DNA of 64,000 nt, taken from assembly GCA_045597865.1 (NCBI GenBank), contig JAZLKX010000052.1:64001-128000 (forward strand). Reading direction: 5' to 3'. A program made the translations under genes and the position numbers. Shown here one piece after another: positions 26,869-37,627 of this stretch (its first letter is position 1; every line of letters starts with the position of its first letter). This stretch comes from Bacilli bacterium (lineage in GTDB: Bacteria > Bacillota_I > Bacilli_A > RFN20 > CAG-826). A model generated the notes under the pieces. It did not search any database, was not told the origin of the DNA, and was given only the letters and a program-made list of their open reading frames with translations.

Positions 26869-28116
26869 ATGAACATTCTAATTACCAAGATGATGACCGC
26901 ACGTTTCACAACCAATACCGATCGTGAGCGTCTTTGCGGTGGGTTCGATGCAATTTCTTACATGATTCAACGTATCGCTGAATCATACCCACAACATACT
27001 TTTTACTATATTGGAGCATCTGATTTGGCAGACAGTCAATTATCTACCCCAGAAAATTTAAAGGACCTCTACACGCCTATAAAGGCGTTTGCGAAAGAGC
27101 ACGGATATGATCCAATCGCACAGGATTTGGCAAACACAAGCAAGCCTTTCTATCAAGCATGTTTAGACTACTGTAAGGAAAATGGCCTAAAATTTGACCT
27201 CGCACTTTATCAGTATGAACAGACTTTGCCTATCGCCCATTACGCCGACGGATATATTTCAGAACGAACAAAAGGCGTTCTAAAGACATTAGTATCACAA
27301 AGACATTCAGCACACGCATTTGTTCTTGCAAGCGATATGAAAGTTCCTTTGTATTTGATTGTAGATGATCCCCGCCAGATTAACCATATTCCAGCCGATA
27401 TTACCCCGCCAGTTAAGATCTTTGCACAATGCAAGGGTACTGACCATACAAGGTATTACGTTGATAAGATTCATAAGGAAGAACACGCTGTACCGATGGA
27501 ATATGCTGAAATTGAAAAATTCTACCTATTAAAGAAAGAACGAGTAAACTTTTCAAATCCTGACGAAATTCATCCAACGCCGTTTGAAACCTATAAGAAA
27601 GATCTCGGTCTTGTCATGACCTTGAACGGCAACTTTGACAGACTCGATTATGTAAGAAAGTGGCTTTTCCCGTATGACGCTGACCTAAAGATTTATGGCC
27701 GCTGGGATTCTGGTGAATTAGCTAAGAAGGTTGAAAGCCTCGGCCTAACCGACAGATTCATTGTTAAGGGTATGTCAGAGATGGAAGATGTGATGTGGCG
27801 CTCAAGATACACACTTGTTGCTCCACCATCTGCTAAGACCGCAAATTTCGTTACACAGAAGGTTTACTCTATGTTGTATTATGGCATCATGCCTTTCTGG
27901 GCAAAGGGTACATACGACATTGATAACTTCTATACTGACATTCCTTCGTTCTTTAAGGTTGAAACACCTGATGAATTGTGGAAAAAGATACGATTCTTGG
28001 ACCGTCACCCTATCTTCTATCGAGTGATGTTGCGGAAGTGCTATGATGCATTGAAACCTGAATACTTTGAGAACGACTTTGTGCACCGTATCTTTGACTG
28101 CATCTTTGAAAAATAA
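26869..28116 (+). CDS. GT-B glycosyltransferase, probable DNA base glycosyltransferase (T4 BGT/Aat-like)
   Basis: VDDPR motif, IYGRW, YTLVAP...NFVTQKVY...GIMPF...YD C-terminal GT-B lobe; heads the sugar-nucleotide operon upstream of DNA polymerase. Confidence 0.6.
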   Translation: MNILITKMMTARFTTNTDRERLCGGFDAISYMIQRIAESYPQHTFYYIGASDLADSQLSTPENLKDLYTPIKAFAKEHGYDPIAQDLANTSKPFYQACLDYCKENGLKFDLALYQYEQTLPIAHYADGYISERTKGVLKTLVSQRHSAHAFVLASDMKVPLYLIVDDPRQINHIPADITPPVKIFAQCKGTDHTRYYVDKIHKEEHAVPMEYAEIEKFYLLKKERVNFSNPDEIHPTPFETYKKDLGLVMTLNGNFDRLDYVRKWLFPYDADLKIYGRWDSGELAKKVESLGLTDRFIVKGMSEMEDVMWRSRYTLVAPPSAKTANFVTQKVYSMLYYGIMPFWAKGTYDIDNFYTDIPSFFKVETPDELWKKIRFLDRHPIFYRVMLRKCYDALKPEYFENDFVHRIFDCIFEK

Positions 28117-28162
28117 TTTCTTACCCTCATAAATATCACAAAACATTTATTATATTTTGAAT

Positions 28163-28663
28163 ATGAAAAAATTAACCTTTGTTTTAGATGTAGATGGCGT
28201 GCTTACTGACGGTACATTTCTGTACGATGCAAACGGTAAAGCATATAAAAAGTTTGGCCCTGAAGACGCTGATGCTTTAAAGATGTTGGCTCCGTACTGC
28301 AATATCGTTTTTGCATCCGCTGACACCCGTGGTTTTGAAATCACAAAAAAGCGTGTAAACGATATGGGTTTTGAGGTTCACAACATTAAGGCTCGTGACC
28401 GTAAGAATTGGATTAAAGATAACTTTGGGCTTGAGAATACGATTTACATGGGCGACGGCCTGGTTGATATTCCGTGCCTAGAATCGGTTAAGTATTCTTA
28501 TGTGCCGGCTAACGGATCGGTTGAAGCAAAACGAGCTTGTAATAAAATACTGCAGGAAATGGGCGGTCATGGCGCTGTCGCTGAAGCCGTATATGATATT
28601 GCAGAAACATTTTTCAACAAGACATATATTGATTTACTAAAGGAGAATGGATATGACGTATAA
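28163..28663 (+). CDS. HAD phosphatase, KdsC/YrbI family
   Basis: LDVDGVLTDG, YMGDGLVD, GGHGAVAE. Confidence 0.9.
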   Translation: MKKLTFVLDVDGVLTDGTFLYDANGKAYKKFGPEDADALKMLAPYCNIVFASADTRGFEITKKRVNDMGFEVHNIKARDRKNWIKDNFGLENTIYMGDGLVDIPCLESVKYSYVPANGSVEAKRACNKILQEMGGHGAVAEAVYDIAETFFNKTYIDLLKENGYDV

Positions 28664-29231
28664 CGAATTGAAGGACAAGGTACTTGCTGAGCTTAATCAG
28701 TCGCTTAGCTCCATTGATGAACGCATCGTTGACCAACTGGCTGAAGAACTGGCTTACAAGCGCCAGGCCGTTATCGTTGGACACGCTGCTGGCCGTATGG
28801 GTTATGGTCTTCGTGCTTTCATTATGAGGCTCATGCATTTGGGCTTTCACGCTTACTGGTACAATGATACTACCATTCCGCACATGTCACCGAACGATAT
28901 GTTCATTTTCGCATCTGGCTCTGGTAAGACACGAACTGTTGTAAATCTGGCTGAAATCGCAAAAGAAAAGAGCGGCTGCCGCATTGTTTCTGTAACTGGC
29001 GATGTTGAGTCACCGCTTGCTAAGATTTCTGATTTGGTCATTAAGTTCACTGGCTGTAATAATGGATTGAACTCTGAAAATGATCCTAGTAAGATTAACA
29101 GCATTCAGCCGATGACGACTTTGAATGAACAGGCGATGTTTATTTTCTTTGATTTGCTTGCTTTGAAGATTATGGAAAAGCTTGGCGAAGACAACAACAC
29201 TCTTAGCTATCGCCATAACAATATAGAATGA
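28653..29231 (+). CDS. SIS-domain sugar-phosphate isomerase (HxlB/PHI-like)
   Basis: AGRMG, FIMRLMHLG, ASGSGKT, QPMTTLNEQ, HNNIE C-terminus. Confidence 0.85.
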   Translation: MTYNELKDKVLAELNQSLSSIDERIVDQLAEELAYKRQAVIVGHAAGRMGYGLRAFIMRLMHLGFHAYWYNDTTIPHMSPNDMFIFASGSGKTRTVVNLAEIAKEKSGCRIVSVTGDVESPLAKISDLVIKFTGCNNGLNSENDPSKINSIQPMTTLNEQAMFIFFDLLALKIMEKLGEDNNTLSYRHNNIE

Positions 29232-29247
29232 TTATAAAGGAAAACAG

Positions 29248-29931
29248 ATGAATATCAGTACATCACTTATCTGTATGAACATGTCTCAGGTTGATAAAGA
29301 CATCAACCGAGTTCTTACAGCAGCTAACGGCGACACCAGATTTAACTGGTTTCATGGAGATTTTATGGATGGTCACTTTGTTCCGCGCCTTGGCATTTCG
29401 CCTGAACTTATTCGTGACATCAAGCAGGAATTTCCGAATGTACAGATTGACAGTCACTTGATGATTGATGATCCGTACACTTATGTTGATGTTATCGCTC
29501 CGTATTCTGATTGGGTCGTTTATCATTATGAAGCGGTCACTGACCCAGTTCGTACACTTCAAAAGATCCGTAAGACATGGCCGAATGTTAAGGTTGGACT
29601 TGCGATGAATTTGGCTACACCGTTTGATCCGAGCATCATTCAGCTCTTTGACGGCGTTATGTTCATGGGAATCTCTCCAGGCGTTCTTGGAACCAATTCA
29701 TATCCGCAAATCGTTGAACAGAAAATTGGCGCTGTTCCAACACATAAACATTACTTTGTTGATGGTTCTGTGAATTTCACAACACTTAAGACATACGGCG
29801 ACATCAACCCCAATGGAACACTTGTTTGTGGTTCATCTACGATGTTTAAGATTGATGATCTTACTAAGGGTATGAACCGTGATGATCTTGTCAAGTTCAA
29901 CGTGAACCGCATTAAGGAGAAAATTGTATGA
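29248..29931 (+). CDS. ribulose-phosphate 3-epimerase family (Rpe/AlsE)
   Basis: HGDFMDGHFVP, DSHLMI, HYEA, MGISPG, VDGSV, VCGSS. Confidence 0.85.
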   Translation: MNISTSLICMNMSQVDKDINRVLTAANGDTRFNWFHGDFMDGHFVPRLGISPELIRDIKQEFPNVQIDSHLMIDDPYTYVDVIAPYSDWVVYHYEAVTDPVRTLQKIRKTWPNVKVGLAMNLATPFDPSIIQLFDGVMFMGISPGVLGTNSYPQIVEQKIGAVPTHKHYFVDGSVNFTTLKTYGDINPNGTLVCGSSTMFKIDDLTKGMNRDDLVKFNVNRIKEKIV

Positions 29932-31586
29932 AGAAAACCGTTGTAATTCCAGCTGCCGGCTTGGGTAGCCGTCTTAATGAATTCACGAAGAATTACAATA
30001 AGGCAATGTGTACATTGGGTCCTAAGCCTGTCATTTCATACATCATTGAGAAATTTGATGTAACCGATGAAATCATTGTGCTTCTTGGCTATAAAGGCGA
30101 TTTGCTTAAACAAGTCCTGAAAATCTGTTATCCTGACAGAAATATCAAGTTCGTAACTGTTGATGTTTATGAAGGTCCAGGTTCTGGCTTGGGTTACTCT
30201 TTGTCTTGCGCTAAGAACCTTTTGCAGAAACCGTTCTTGTTCTGGTCTAATGATAGCATTATTCAAGATGACATCAATGGATTTGACTTTGAACATAACT
30301 TTATGGTTTTGTCCAAATTTGATAAAGAAAACGCCGATTCATATCGTCATGCAAGAATCGGTAAGCACGAAGTTCAGGCAATTCTTGCTAAAGGTGATTA
30401 TGATGTAAATGGCATTAAGACTAAGCCTTACATTGGCATTTCTTACATCAAGGATTACAAACAGTTCTGGAAGGCACAGGAAGACAACTTTGAAATTTTC
30501 GTAAATGCAGGCGAAAGTGCTGGCTTGAATAATCTGAATGACATTCGTTATTACATCACAGACACTTGGCTTGACACAGGCAATAAGGAAAAGCTTATTG
30601 CTGCTAAGGAAGAATACTCTAAGAAGATGGAAGCAACGATTCTTGAAAAGCCAGACGAAGCAATTTGGTTTTTAGATGACAGAGTCGTGAAATTCCACAT
30701 TGATCCGAAGTTCATTGACGGCCGTGTAAAACGTTTCACAACATTTGTAAATCAGGCTATGGAAGATAAAGGTATCACAATTCCTGAACTTTTGAGCCAC
30801 GATAAGAATGTTTATGCTTATCGTCTTGCTGATGGCAAGGTAATGTCAAAGGAAGTAAATCCGACTAGTTTCTTGAATTTTATCGTTTCATTCTTTGAAA
30901 GCGTTGATGAACGAGAAGTTCCGTATGAAAAGAAACTTGAAATCTATAATGACTTTTATAAGAACAAAACTTTGCAGCGCATTGAGAAATACTGTAAGGA
31001 ACACGAAGATCTTGACAGCCGATGCGTCATCAATGGATTGGATTGTTACTCGGCAAAAACGATCATTGAAGATATGATTGATTGGGACGCCATTGCGAAT
31101 AAAGCTATCATCACAGATAACTATCACGGTGACTTCCATCTTGAAAATATCTTGGTGAATGAAGTTGACGGCAAAGAACAGTTCGTGATGCTTGACTGGA
31201 GACAGAACTTTGGTAAGACATTTGAAGGCGATATTTACTATGATATTGCTAAAATGTGGCATTCATTGATTGTGAACCATGGGATGGTCAAGGATAATCT
31301 TTTCCATTGTGAAGTTAAGGCAAACGGCGAGATTGAGCTTGACATCCATCGTACATTCATTGATACTGAATGTGAAGATATGTTAAAAGGTTGGCTGAAT
31401 AATTCCGCGTATGACGAAATTCATGCACAATTTTTGACTGCATTGATCTTCTTGAACATCGCTGCATGTCATACATATCCGTACTGCAAATTCTTATTCT
31501 ACTTGGGTAAGTACTTGATGAATAAATTTATCGTTGCTTATCCGCAATACTTGAAACCTGATGTTTTGAAACTTCAAGAAAATTAA
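29928..31586 (+). CDS. sugar-phosphate nucleotidyltransferase fused to APH/choline-kinase-like domain
   Basis: IPAAGLGSRL...NKAM; C-terminal HGDFHLENIL, LDWR, YYDIAK. Confidence 0.85.
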   Translation: MKKTVVIPAAGLGSRLNEFTKNYNKAMCTLGPKPVISYIIEKFDVTDEIIVLLGYKGDLLKQVLKICYPDRNIKFVTVDVYEGPGSGLGYSLSCAKNLLQKPFLFWSNDSIIQDDINGFDFEHNFMVLSKFDKENADSYRHARIGKHEVQAILAKGDYDVNGIKTKPYIGISYIKDYKQFWKAQEDNFEIFVNAGESAGLNNLNDIRYYITDTWLDTGNKEKLIAAKEEYSKKMEATILEKPDEAIWFLDDRVVKFHIDPKFIDGRVKRFTTFVNQAMEDKGITIPELLSHDKNVYAYRLADGKVMSKEVNPTSFLNFIVSFFESVDEREVPYEKKLEIYNDFYKNKTLQRIEKYCKEHEDLDSRCVINGLDCYSAKTIIEDMIDWDAIANKAIITDNYHGDFHLENILVNEVDGKEQFVMLDWRQNFGKTFEGDIYYDIAKMWHSLIVNHGMVKDNLFHCEVKANGEIELDIHRTFIDTECEDMLKGWLNNSAYDEIHAQFLTALIFLNIAACHTYPYCKFLFYLGKYLMNKFIVAYPQYLKPDVLKLQEN

Positions 31587-31636
31587 AATAATAAAAAGCG
31601 GCTGAAACATGCCGCTTTTCTTTACTGGAGAAAATT

Positions 31637-32303
31637 ATGACGCTTAGCCATAACCCATGTGCACTAGAAGAATACATTGCCTCAAAGTTCATCGAGATGG
31701 GATTGATTACACAGGCACAGATTGAAGAAGCAAGATCTGTGAGAAATGACCGCTACCAGCCATATAGCCGATTGAATGAAGTTTTCAGCCGTGGCTATTA
31801 TGTTGGTTGGAACGATGTGTTTGCATTCCGTATGAGTATCCTTGGACTTACAAAAGCATTCACTGAGCCCGGACTTGCCTATTATTCAGATTCCAGATTA
31901 TGGGCAGCATTTCATTGATGCGCTTGATCTTGCCAATGTCAATGTGAATTTTATGAGAAGAGGTAACTGCAAAGCATCATCAACATATTTGAAGATTCCT
32001 GTCGCAGTTTGCCGTAAATGGATTAGGCTTAATACTAAGGAAGATGTTGATAAGTGGTTTGAAACTTTGAAAGCAGAACTGCCGTATTATCATGCACAAT
32101 GCAAAGCACTTTCTGAAATCAAGAAAAAGATAAAAACTGAAGGTGCAGAGTTCAAAGCCATCATGAAAGAAAATGCTAAAAGCTCTCCTGCGTGGAAGGA
32201 GGCAAGACAAAGCTATGAAGAAATGATTTTGAAGTTCATGAATAAATTGACTCGCCGTGAAGAAATCATGGCGCAAGATCGGCATTGTGATTTTACGATT
32301 TAG
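31637..32303 (+). CDS. hypothetical protein split by a 1-nt frameshift at 31868-31870
   Basis: Deleting one C in GAGCCCGGA joins the two ORFs (..FTEPDLPIIQ..). Confidence 0.5.
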
Positions 32304-32370
32304 AAAAGTTTCGTTCAGTTGTGAATTTGTGTAAAATGTTTTTATATTTTACATAAAGAAAGGAGCTATA

Positions 32371-35082
32371 ATGATAAATAAGATTGATGAAAATCCTATT
32401 GCTCAACCGCGTGCATATAAGCATGTCTATTATGATAAGTTTACGAAGAACATTTGTGTTCGTTATGTAGGTGATGACGAATTTACAAAAATTCCATATA
32501 AGAAAGATTATTGGGTGCAGGATCCTACAGGCAAGTCAGAATGGAAGGATCAGTTCGGTATACCGATGGTTCGTCGTCAAATGACAGACAGTGATGTTAT
32601 CAAGAATATGAAGGCGAATGGTATCATTATTGCTGAATCTGATTTGAAAGAAGAAGCAAAGTGGATGCACGACATTTATGATAAGTTTGAACTTACCGCG
32701 AATGTTGATGACTGGCATATTGGTTTCTATGATATTGAAGTTGCTGCTGGCAATAGCGGCTTTCCTAAGCCTGAAGAAGCTGCATGGCCGATTAACTTGA
32801 TTACGGTTTATTCATCAAAGACAAAGGAATATTATACTTGGTCTATCTATCCTGAAGATATTCATGAAGATGACATTATTCAACATCATCGTGGTTTTCA
32901 TGATGAAATGGATATGTTGAAGGATTGGCTAAAATGGTTCAAGAATCAGCACTTTGACATCATTGCGGGTTGGAACTCAATTCTGTTTGACATGCCGTAC
33001 ATCGTGAACCGTATTAAGCGTCTTCGTGATGAAAGAGGTATTCAAACTGAATATGAATGCGCATTGTCTCCATTGGGCAAGCGTCCTATTCCAAAAGATA
33101 TTGCTGACAAAAAGCAGAAAAACGAACTAGGTACATCTTATGACATTCCTGGCTTGTTGCATTTTGACTATATGGAACTTTGGAAGACATTTGCTTCACA
33201 TCCGCCGATGGCATCATATTCACTTAATACCGTTGCTCAATTCGTAACTGGTGAAGGTAAGCTGGAATATGAAGGAACTATCAATACAGTTTGGCAAGAT
33301 CCAAAGCTAAGACAACAGTTTGGTCAGTATAACGTCGTTGACGTAAAGAGTAATGTCAACATTGAAGCAAAGTGTCAGATCATGCCATTGATTATTGGTT
33401 ATGCGTATGACTGTTTGGTGACGGTTGATAAGGTCTATAATAAAGTTCCGACCACTGAAGGTTACATGCTTCGTTACATGCATGCTGAAAAGAAGGTTAT
33501 GCGTGATAGAGCCGATCATCATGTTGACTGGTGGAAAAACGAGGAATGCTTTAAGGTAAAGCGAGCTGATGGTTCCATCTATTATCAGAACTGCAACTGG
33601 GAAAACAATGAATTTGACTTTGATGACTTCGGCGTGAAAGCAGGTTACTGTTATGACTATCCTGGCCGATATGACGACTGTATGAGCTTTGACATTACAT
33701 CAAGCTATCCTCATCATATCATGCAGTTTATGATTTCGCCTGAATGCAAAATTGCTCATCCGAAGAAGGAAGATATTGAAAGCGGTCGTGTTATTGCTTC
33801 CGATGTCGCTGAGGTTGGTTTCTTGAATGATCCAAACGCAATTCTTCCAAATATCGTTAAGAAGGTATTTGATGAAAGAAAACAGTATAAGAAACTGATG
33901 AAGGAAGCAAAGAAGAACGGCGATATGGCGTTGGCAGCTTTGTATGATAACCGTCAGGGTATTAAGAAGATTATCATTAACTCTATGTATGGTGTCTGTC
34001 TGACTGCATCATTCCACATGTATGACATTGACTGCGCTCGTTCAATTACTCGCTGTGCTCGTGTTACTCTTCGTGATTGGCTGAAGAAGTATCTTGACCA
34101 GTATTATGTATCAACCGCAATGCTTTCCGATGTTCAGAAACATTGGGGAATTACATTGAAGAATACAACACCGCTCAAGATTAAGAATCGTGAATGCGTC
34201 TGTGTGCACGCTGATACTGACAGCCTCTATTTCTGTATCAATGAATTGAAACTTCGTCTTCGTGAAGAAGGTATCAAGATTGAAACGGAAGAAGAACATC
34301 GCGAGTTTTATGCAAAGGCTGAAGAAATGTTCCAAGAATTCTTTGTGAAGGTTCTTGAAATCCGAGCTAAGGCAAGTAAGACAGTAAACAAGATTAACTA
34401 TAACCGTGAAAACGTTTTTTCTAACATGTTCTGTTTCGCAAAGAAACTTTACATCGGAAATGTAATTGACGCTGAAGGTACTCCGTATCCATTTGAAAAA
34501 CCGAAACATAAGATCATGGGCGTGCCTATTAAGCGTTCTGATATGCCGGAATTCTGTAAGGAAGCTGCTGAAGAACTTGCATTCGCGATTTGTTCTGGAC
34601 AGGATTATGAAACATCTGATAAGTTCATTAAGGATGTGTACGCAAAGTTCCAAGAAGCAGGTCCGAATGCCGTTTCTGCCAAGAAGTCAATTTCTGAATA
34701 CACTAAGTATGTAAAGGAACCGATTGAAAATTATGTAAAGAACGGACTTCACTTTGATAAGGGACAGGTATTCAATGCAAAGTGTGCTTTAGCTTACAAT
34801 TATGTTATCGCTAAGCATAAGTTGCCGTACATGCCGATTATGAATGGGAACAAGTTTAATTATGTGTATGTCAAGCCAACGAACAGATATAACATTGAAG
34901 CAACTGCATTCATTGGAAACTGGCCGAAGGAATTTGATAGCATCTTTGAAGTTGACTACGAAACGATGTTCAACAAGACATTCATTCCGCTGTTTGAAAA
35001 TATGTTCCAAGTAGCTAAATGGATTGGACCGAAGGATCATATCTCACTTGAATCTGGTGGACTTGATAGCTTCTTCTTTTAA
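32371..35082 (+). CDS. family B DNA polymerase (T4 gp43-like)
   Basis: ExoI YDIEV, GWNS..FDMPY, region II FDITSSYP, KIIINSMYG, HADTDS, KKLY. Confidence 0.95.
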   Translation: MINKIDENPIAQPRAYKHVYYDKFTKNICVRYVGDDEFTKIPYKKDYWVQDPTGKSEWKDQFGIPMVRRQMTDSDVIKNMKANGIIIAESDLKEEAKWMHDIYDKFELTANVDDWHIGFYDIEVAAGNSGFPKPEEAAWPINLITVYSSKTKEYYTWSIYPEDIHEDDIIQHHRGFHDEMDMLKDWLKWFKNQHFDIIAGWNSILFDMPYIVNRIKRLRDERGIQTEYECALSPLGKRPIPKDIADKKQKNELGTSYDIPGLLHFDYMELWKTFASHPPMASYSLNTVAQFVTGEGKLEYEGTINTVWQDPKLRQQFGQYNVVDVKSNVNIEAKCQIMPLIIGYAYDCLVTVDKVYNKVPTTEGYMLRYMHAEKKVMRDRADHHVDWWKNEECFKVKRADGSIYYQNCNWENNEFDFDDFGVKAGYCYDYPGRYDDCMSFDITSSYPHHIMQFMISPECKIAHPKKEDIESGRVIASDVAEVGFLNDPNAILPNIVKKVFDERKQYKKLMKEAKKNGDMALAALYDNRQGIKKIIINSMYGVCLTASFHMYDIDCARSITRCARVTLRDWLKKYLDQYYVSTAMLSDVQKHWGITLKNTTPLKIKNRECVCVHADTDSLYFCINELKLRLREEGIKIETEEEHREFYAKAEEMFQEFFVKVLEIRAKASKTVNKINYNRENVFSNMFCFAKKLYIGNVIDAEGTPYPFEKPKHKIMGVPIKRSDMPEFCKEAAEELAFAICSGQDYETSDKFIKDVYAKFQEAGPNAVSAKKSISEYTKYVKEPIENYVKNGLHFDKGQVFNAKCALAYNYVIAKHKLPYMPIMNGNKFNYVYVKPTNRYNIEATAFIGNWPKEFDSIFEVDYETMFNKTFIPLFENMFQVAKWIGPKDHISLESGGLDSFFF

Positions 35083-35094
35083 AGGATAACTAAT

Positions 35095-35880
35095 ATGTAC
35101 TGGAAACAAAACGTCATTTGCGAAATCTACGCTGCAATGCTAGAATACATCAATACACAATGTGAAGCACATGAGATCGGCGCCACATTCGTTGATGTAA
35201 AACAGTTTAGACCGCAACAGTATCGTGCTTCGCCGTTGGGTGAGCTACAGGCTAAAGTTCATAACTATGATGCACCTGACGAGGATTCTTACGACGTGAA
35301 ATACTTAGCCGAACTTGAATATGACCATGGAAGTCCACATTGGCGTTTAACTGACCCTGATGGAAATACATGTGATAATGCTGTTTTGAAAAATCAGCCA
35401 AAACTTTTTAACATGGCCGTTATCCTTGAAGGAGGTGAGCATAAATTCATTTTGGGTTTAGGCCGCATTAGACCCGCTGTTGGCTTGCCTAGCTATTATA
35501 GTTATGGTGACCCAGGTGACCCTGCCATTGCGACTAAACTCAAACTTGACACTTATGAAATCGGCTATGATGTACTGTCTTTTACTGAGGAAGAATATAA
35601 GCAGTATGGTATTGTCTCTATACTTACTCAATTAAAAACGGTCGTTGATAAACAATTCATCAAAGTTGAAAAGTTTAAGGAAATGTATGAAGACTATTTT
35701 AAACTTCAAGCTGAGCAAATTAAACTGATGGAAGAGCAGAAAGAACACCTTCGCCGTAAAGGTGAGGTAATTGCTAAAAAGATGAACATTTGGATTGAGG
35801 CAGCTGAACAAGGCGATTTAGATGGTATAGATATAACAGAAAATGAAGAAGGAGTTACTTGTGGTAAAATTAATGTATAA
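35095..35880 (+). CDS. hypothetical protein
   Basis: 261-aa ORF with RBS. Confidence 0.65.
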   Translation: MYWKQNVICEIYAAMLEYINTQCEAHEIGATFVDVKQFRPQQYRASPLGELQAKVHNYDAPDEDSYDVKYLAELEYDHGSPHWRLTDPDGNTCDNAVLKNQPKLFNMAVILEGGEHKFILGLGRIRPAVGLPSYYSYGDPGDPAIATKLKLDTYEIGYDVLSFTEEEYKQYGIVSILTQLKTVVDKQFIKVEKFKEMYEDYFKLQAEQIKLMEEQKEHLRRKGEVIAKKMNIWIEAAEQGDLDGIDITENEEGVTCGKINV

Positions 35881-36127
35881 CCCAAAGACAAAGGAACTTG
35901 ATATTGTATGTAATCAACTAGGATGCACCCCTGGTGATTCTGAACAGTCTATTTTCTTTAGAAACTATATCTTAAGCAATGTTAGGCGTCGTGTTGAAAA
36001 CGCAAAGACTGATTGGGATGTACTTGAAGCATTAACGATACTTGACACAAATAAGTTTAAATCAGAAAAGACCTATGTTGAGAATGGTAAAATGATCATT
36101 GAATACTCTATGGTCATTGATGAATAA
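35873..36127 (+). CDS. hypothetical protein
   Basis: Overlapping ORF in operon. Confidence 0.55.
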   Translation: MYNPKTKELDIVCNQLGCTPGDSEQSIFFRNYILSNVRRRVENAKTDWDVLEALTILDTNKFKSEKTYVENGKMIIEYSMVIDE

Positions 36128-36154
36128 ATAATTCACAATTAAAAGGAGAACTAT

Positions 36155-36355
36155 ATGAAGTTCATTATGGAAGGAGCAGCACAGCAGTGCCCAGCCGCAA
36201 TTGGTATGTTGACAGAAGATCTTCTGTTGAACCCAACATTGGCAAATGAAAAGCTAAGCAGCTTTAAGTTACAGATTAACCGTGTGGAAACCGTAAATGG
36301 TGAAAAGGTCGTGTACATCAAAGAAAGCGCAAACGATAACCTTCTCTTGGGGTAA
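36155..36355 (+). CDS. hypothetical late protein
   Basis: Late promoter at 36125, RBS AAGGAG. Confidence 0.6.
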   Translation: MKFIMEGAAQQCPAAIGMLTEDLLLNPTLANEKLSSFKLQINRVETVNGEKVVYIKESANDNLLLG

Positions 36356-36357
36356 TT

Positions 36358-36801
36358 ATGTCAGAACAGATTAAGAACCTACCCGATTCAGCAAAAGCAC
36401 ATCTTTTTCAGATGACCTTTACAGGCATTGGCGATGATGAAATGACTGAGGCTTTGAAGCTTCGTGCTAAGTCCATTGAAACATCGCCTATCACAAAGAA
36501 CCAGCTTGTACAGTTTACTGTGGCATTTGATGAAGCTGAAGATTTTGCTACTTTGCCGTTCTGGTATGAAATGCTAGCTGATGCAGGTACAGTGACTGAA
36601 GAAGAGTTTGAAAACCAGTCATTCACACTTGATGTAAACATCTACAATGACAAAATGGAAAAGGTCATTGGCAAGACTCGTTTTAATAGTGTTAACCCTG
36701 TCGTGATTGGACCGCTTGTACTTAACCAGGAAGGCGATGGCAAGTTGCAGTATAAAGTAACCTTTATGGCTAAGAACTGTGAAGTTCTAAAGGGAGAATA
36801 A
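36358..36801 (+). CDS. possible tail-tube-fold protein (gp19/gp54/gp3-like)
   Basis: Pattern FTVAFDE...FW...IGKTRF..VNPVVIGPLVL...YKVTF. Confidence 0.4.
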   Translation: MSEQIKNLPDSAKAHLFQMTFTGIGDDEMTEALKLRAKSIETSPITKNQLVQFTVAFDEAEDFATLPFWYEMLADAGTVTEEEFENQSFTLDVNIYNDKMEKVIGKTRFNSVNPVVIGPLVLNQEGDGKLQYKVTFMAKNCEVLKGE

Positions 36802-36802
36802 C

Positions 36803-37258
36803 ATGGCTGATATTCTATTCACAGGTAAGATGACTTCCTTTAACGCAAATGTGCCGGTAAAGGAATCTGCTATCACAAAGTTCACTGTTGTCGTTACGGA
36901 AGAAACAAGTGTACGTACTTTCCCGGGTCAGTTTAAGCATCCCAAGATGGATGTGTTTGACTCTATCGCAAATAATGATATCTTTGACAAGATCAGTATT
37001 CCGTGTAAGGACTATCTTGTTGAATATGATATGGTTTTTGGCGATACTGCATTCGTAGCCAAACTTGATAATCTTTCCGCAACAATTAAGCACACAAAAG
37101 ATGGCTCGCCATTTACCGTTTATACACTTCGCTTTGTTAAGGAAGTTGAAAAGGACATTGACTGGCAGCTTTCTTGCTATGCTAAATTGAAGGAAGAAAA
37201 CGAGGAAGGTAAAAAGGTTGATAAGCTCTTTACTTGCTCAATGACCGAAAAGGAATAG
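36803..37258 (+). CDS. hypothetical protein
   Basis: 151-aa ORF; RBS GGGAG. Confidence 0.65.
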   Translation: MADILFTGKMTSFNANVPVKESAITKFTVVVTEETSVRTFPGQFKHPKMDVFDSIANNDIFDKISIPCKDYLVEYDMVFGDTAFVAKLDNLSATIKHTKDGSPFTVYTLRFVKEVEKDIDWQLSCYAKLKEENEEGKKVDKLFTCSMTEKE

Positions 37259-37336
37259 TATTTTAAGTAAACAGACAATAAATCTGCTTAAAAGGAGGGA
37301 AACATTAGTTTCCCTCTTTTGGACTTTAATATTAGC

Positions 37337-37436
37337 AACTGCTTAAATTTCATTAAAACAGGCAAATATGAAAAAATATGAAAAAATTGCTGAGGTTGGA
37401 AATTTTGATACTTAAATTTCATAAATTTAAGCAGTT
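37337..37436. repeat. 14-bp perfect inverted repeat in AT-rich non-coding region
   Basis: AACTGCTTAAATTT (37337-37350) / AAATTTAAGCAGTT (37423-37436). Confidence 0.75.
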
Positions 37437-37598
37437 TTATTACAGTTTTTTATGAAAAACATCTGTGGTTGTGTTGTAATTCATTATTACGGTCAATTAT
37501 ACGGATAACACGAAAATTACAGTTTTATCACGAAAACATCGGAAATATATACTGCAGGTTTTGACGGATTTTTATTGATGTTCAACGCCTAAAGAGGG

Positions 37599-37627
37599 TT
37601 TACAAATGTTCCTCTTTTAATTAAATT
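37599..37627 (+). promoter_or_regulatory. early promoter
   Basis: TTTACA-17 nt-TAAATT. Confidence 0.55.

Noticed and set aside
32371-35082. Intein or intron in DNA polymerase
   Set aside because: Length (903 aa) and motif spacing are typical of gp43; no intein splice motifs seen
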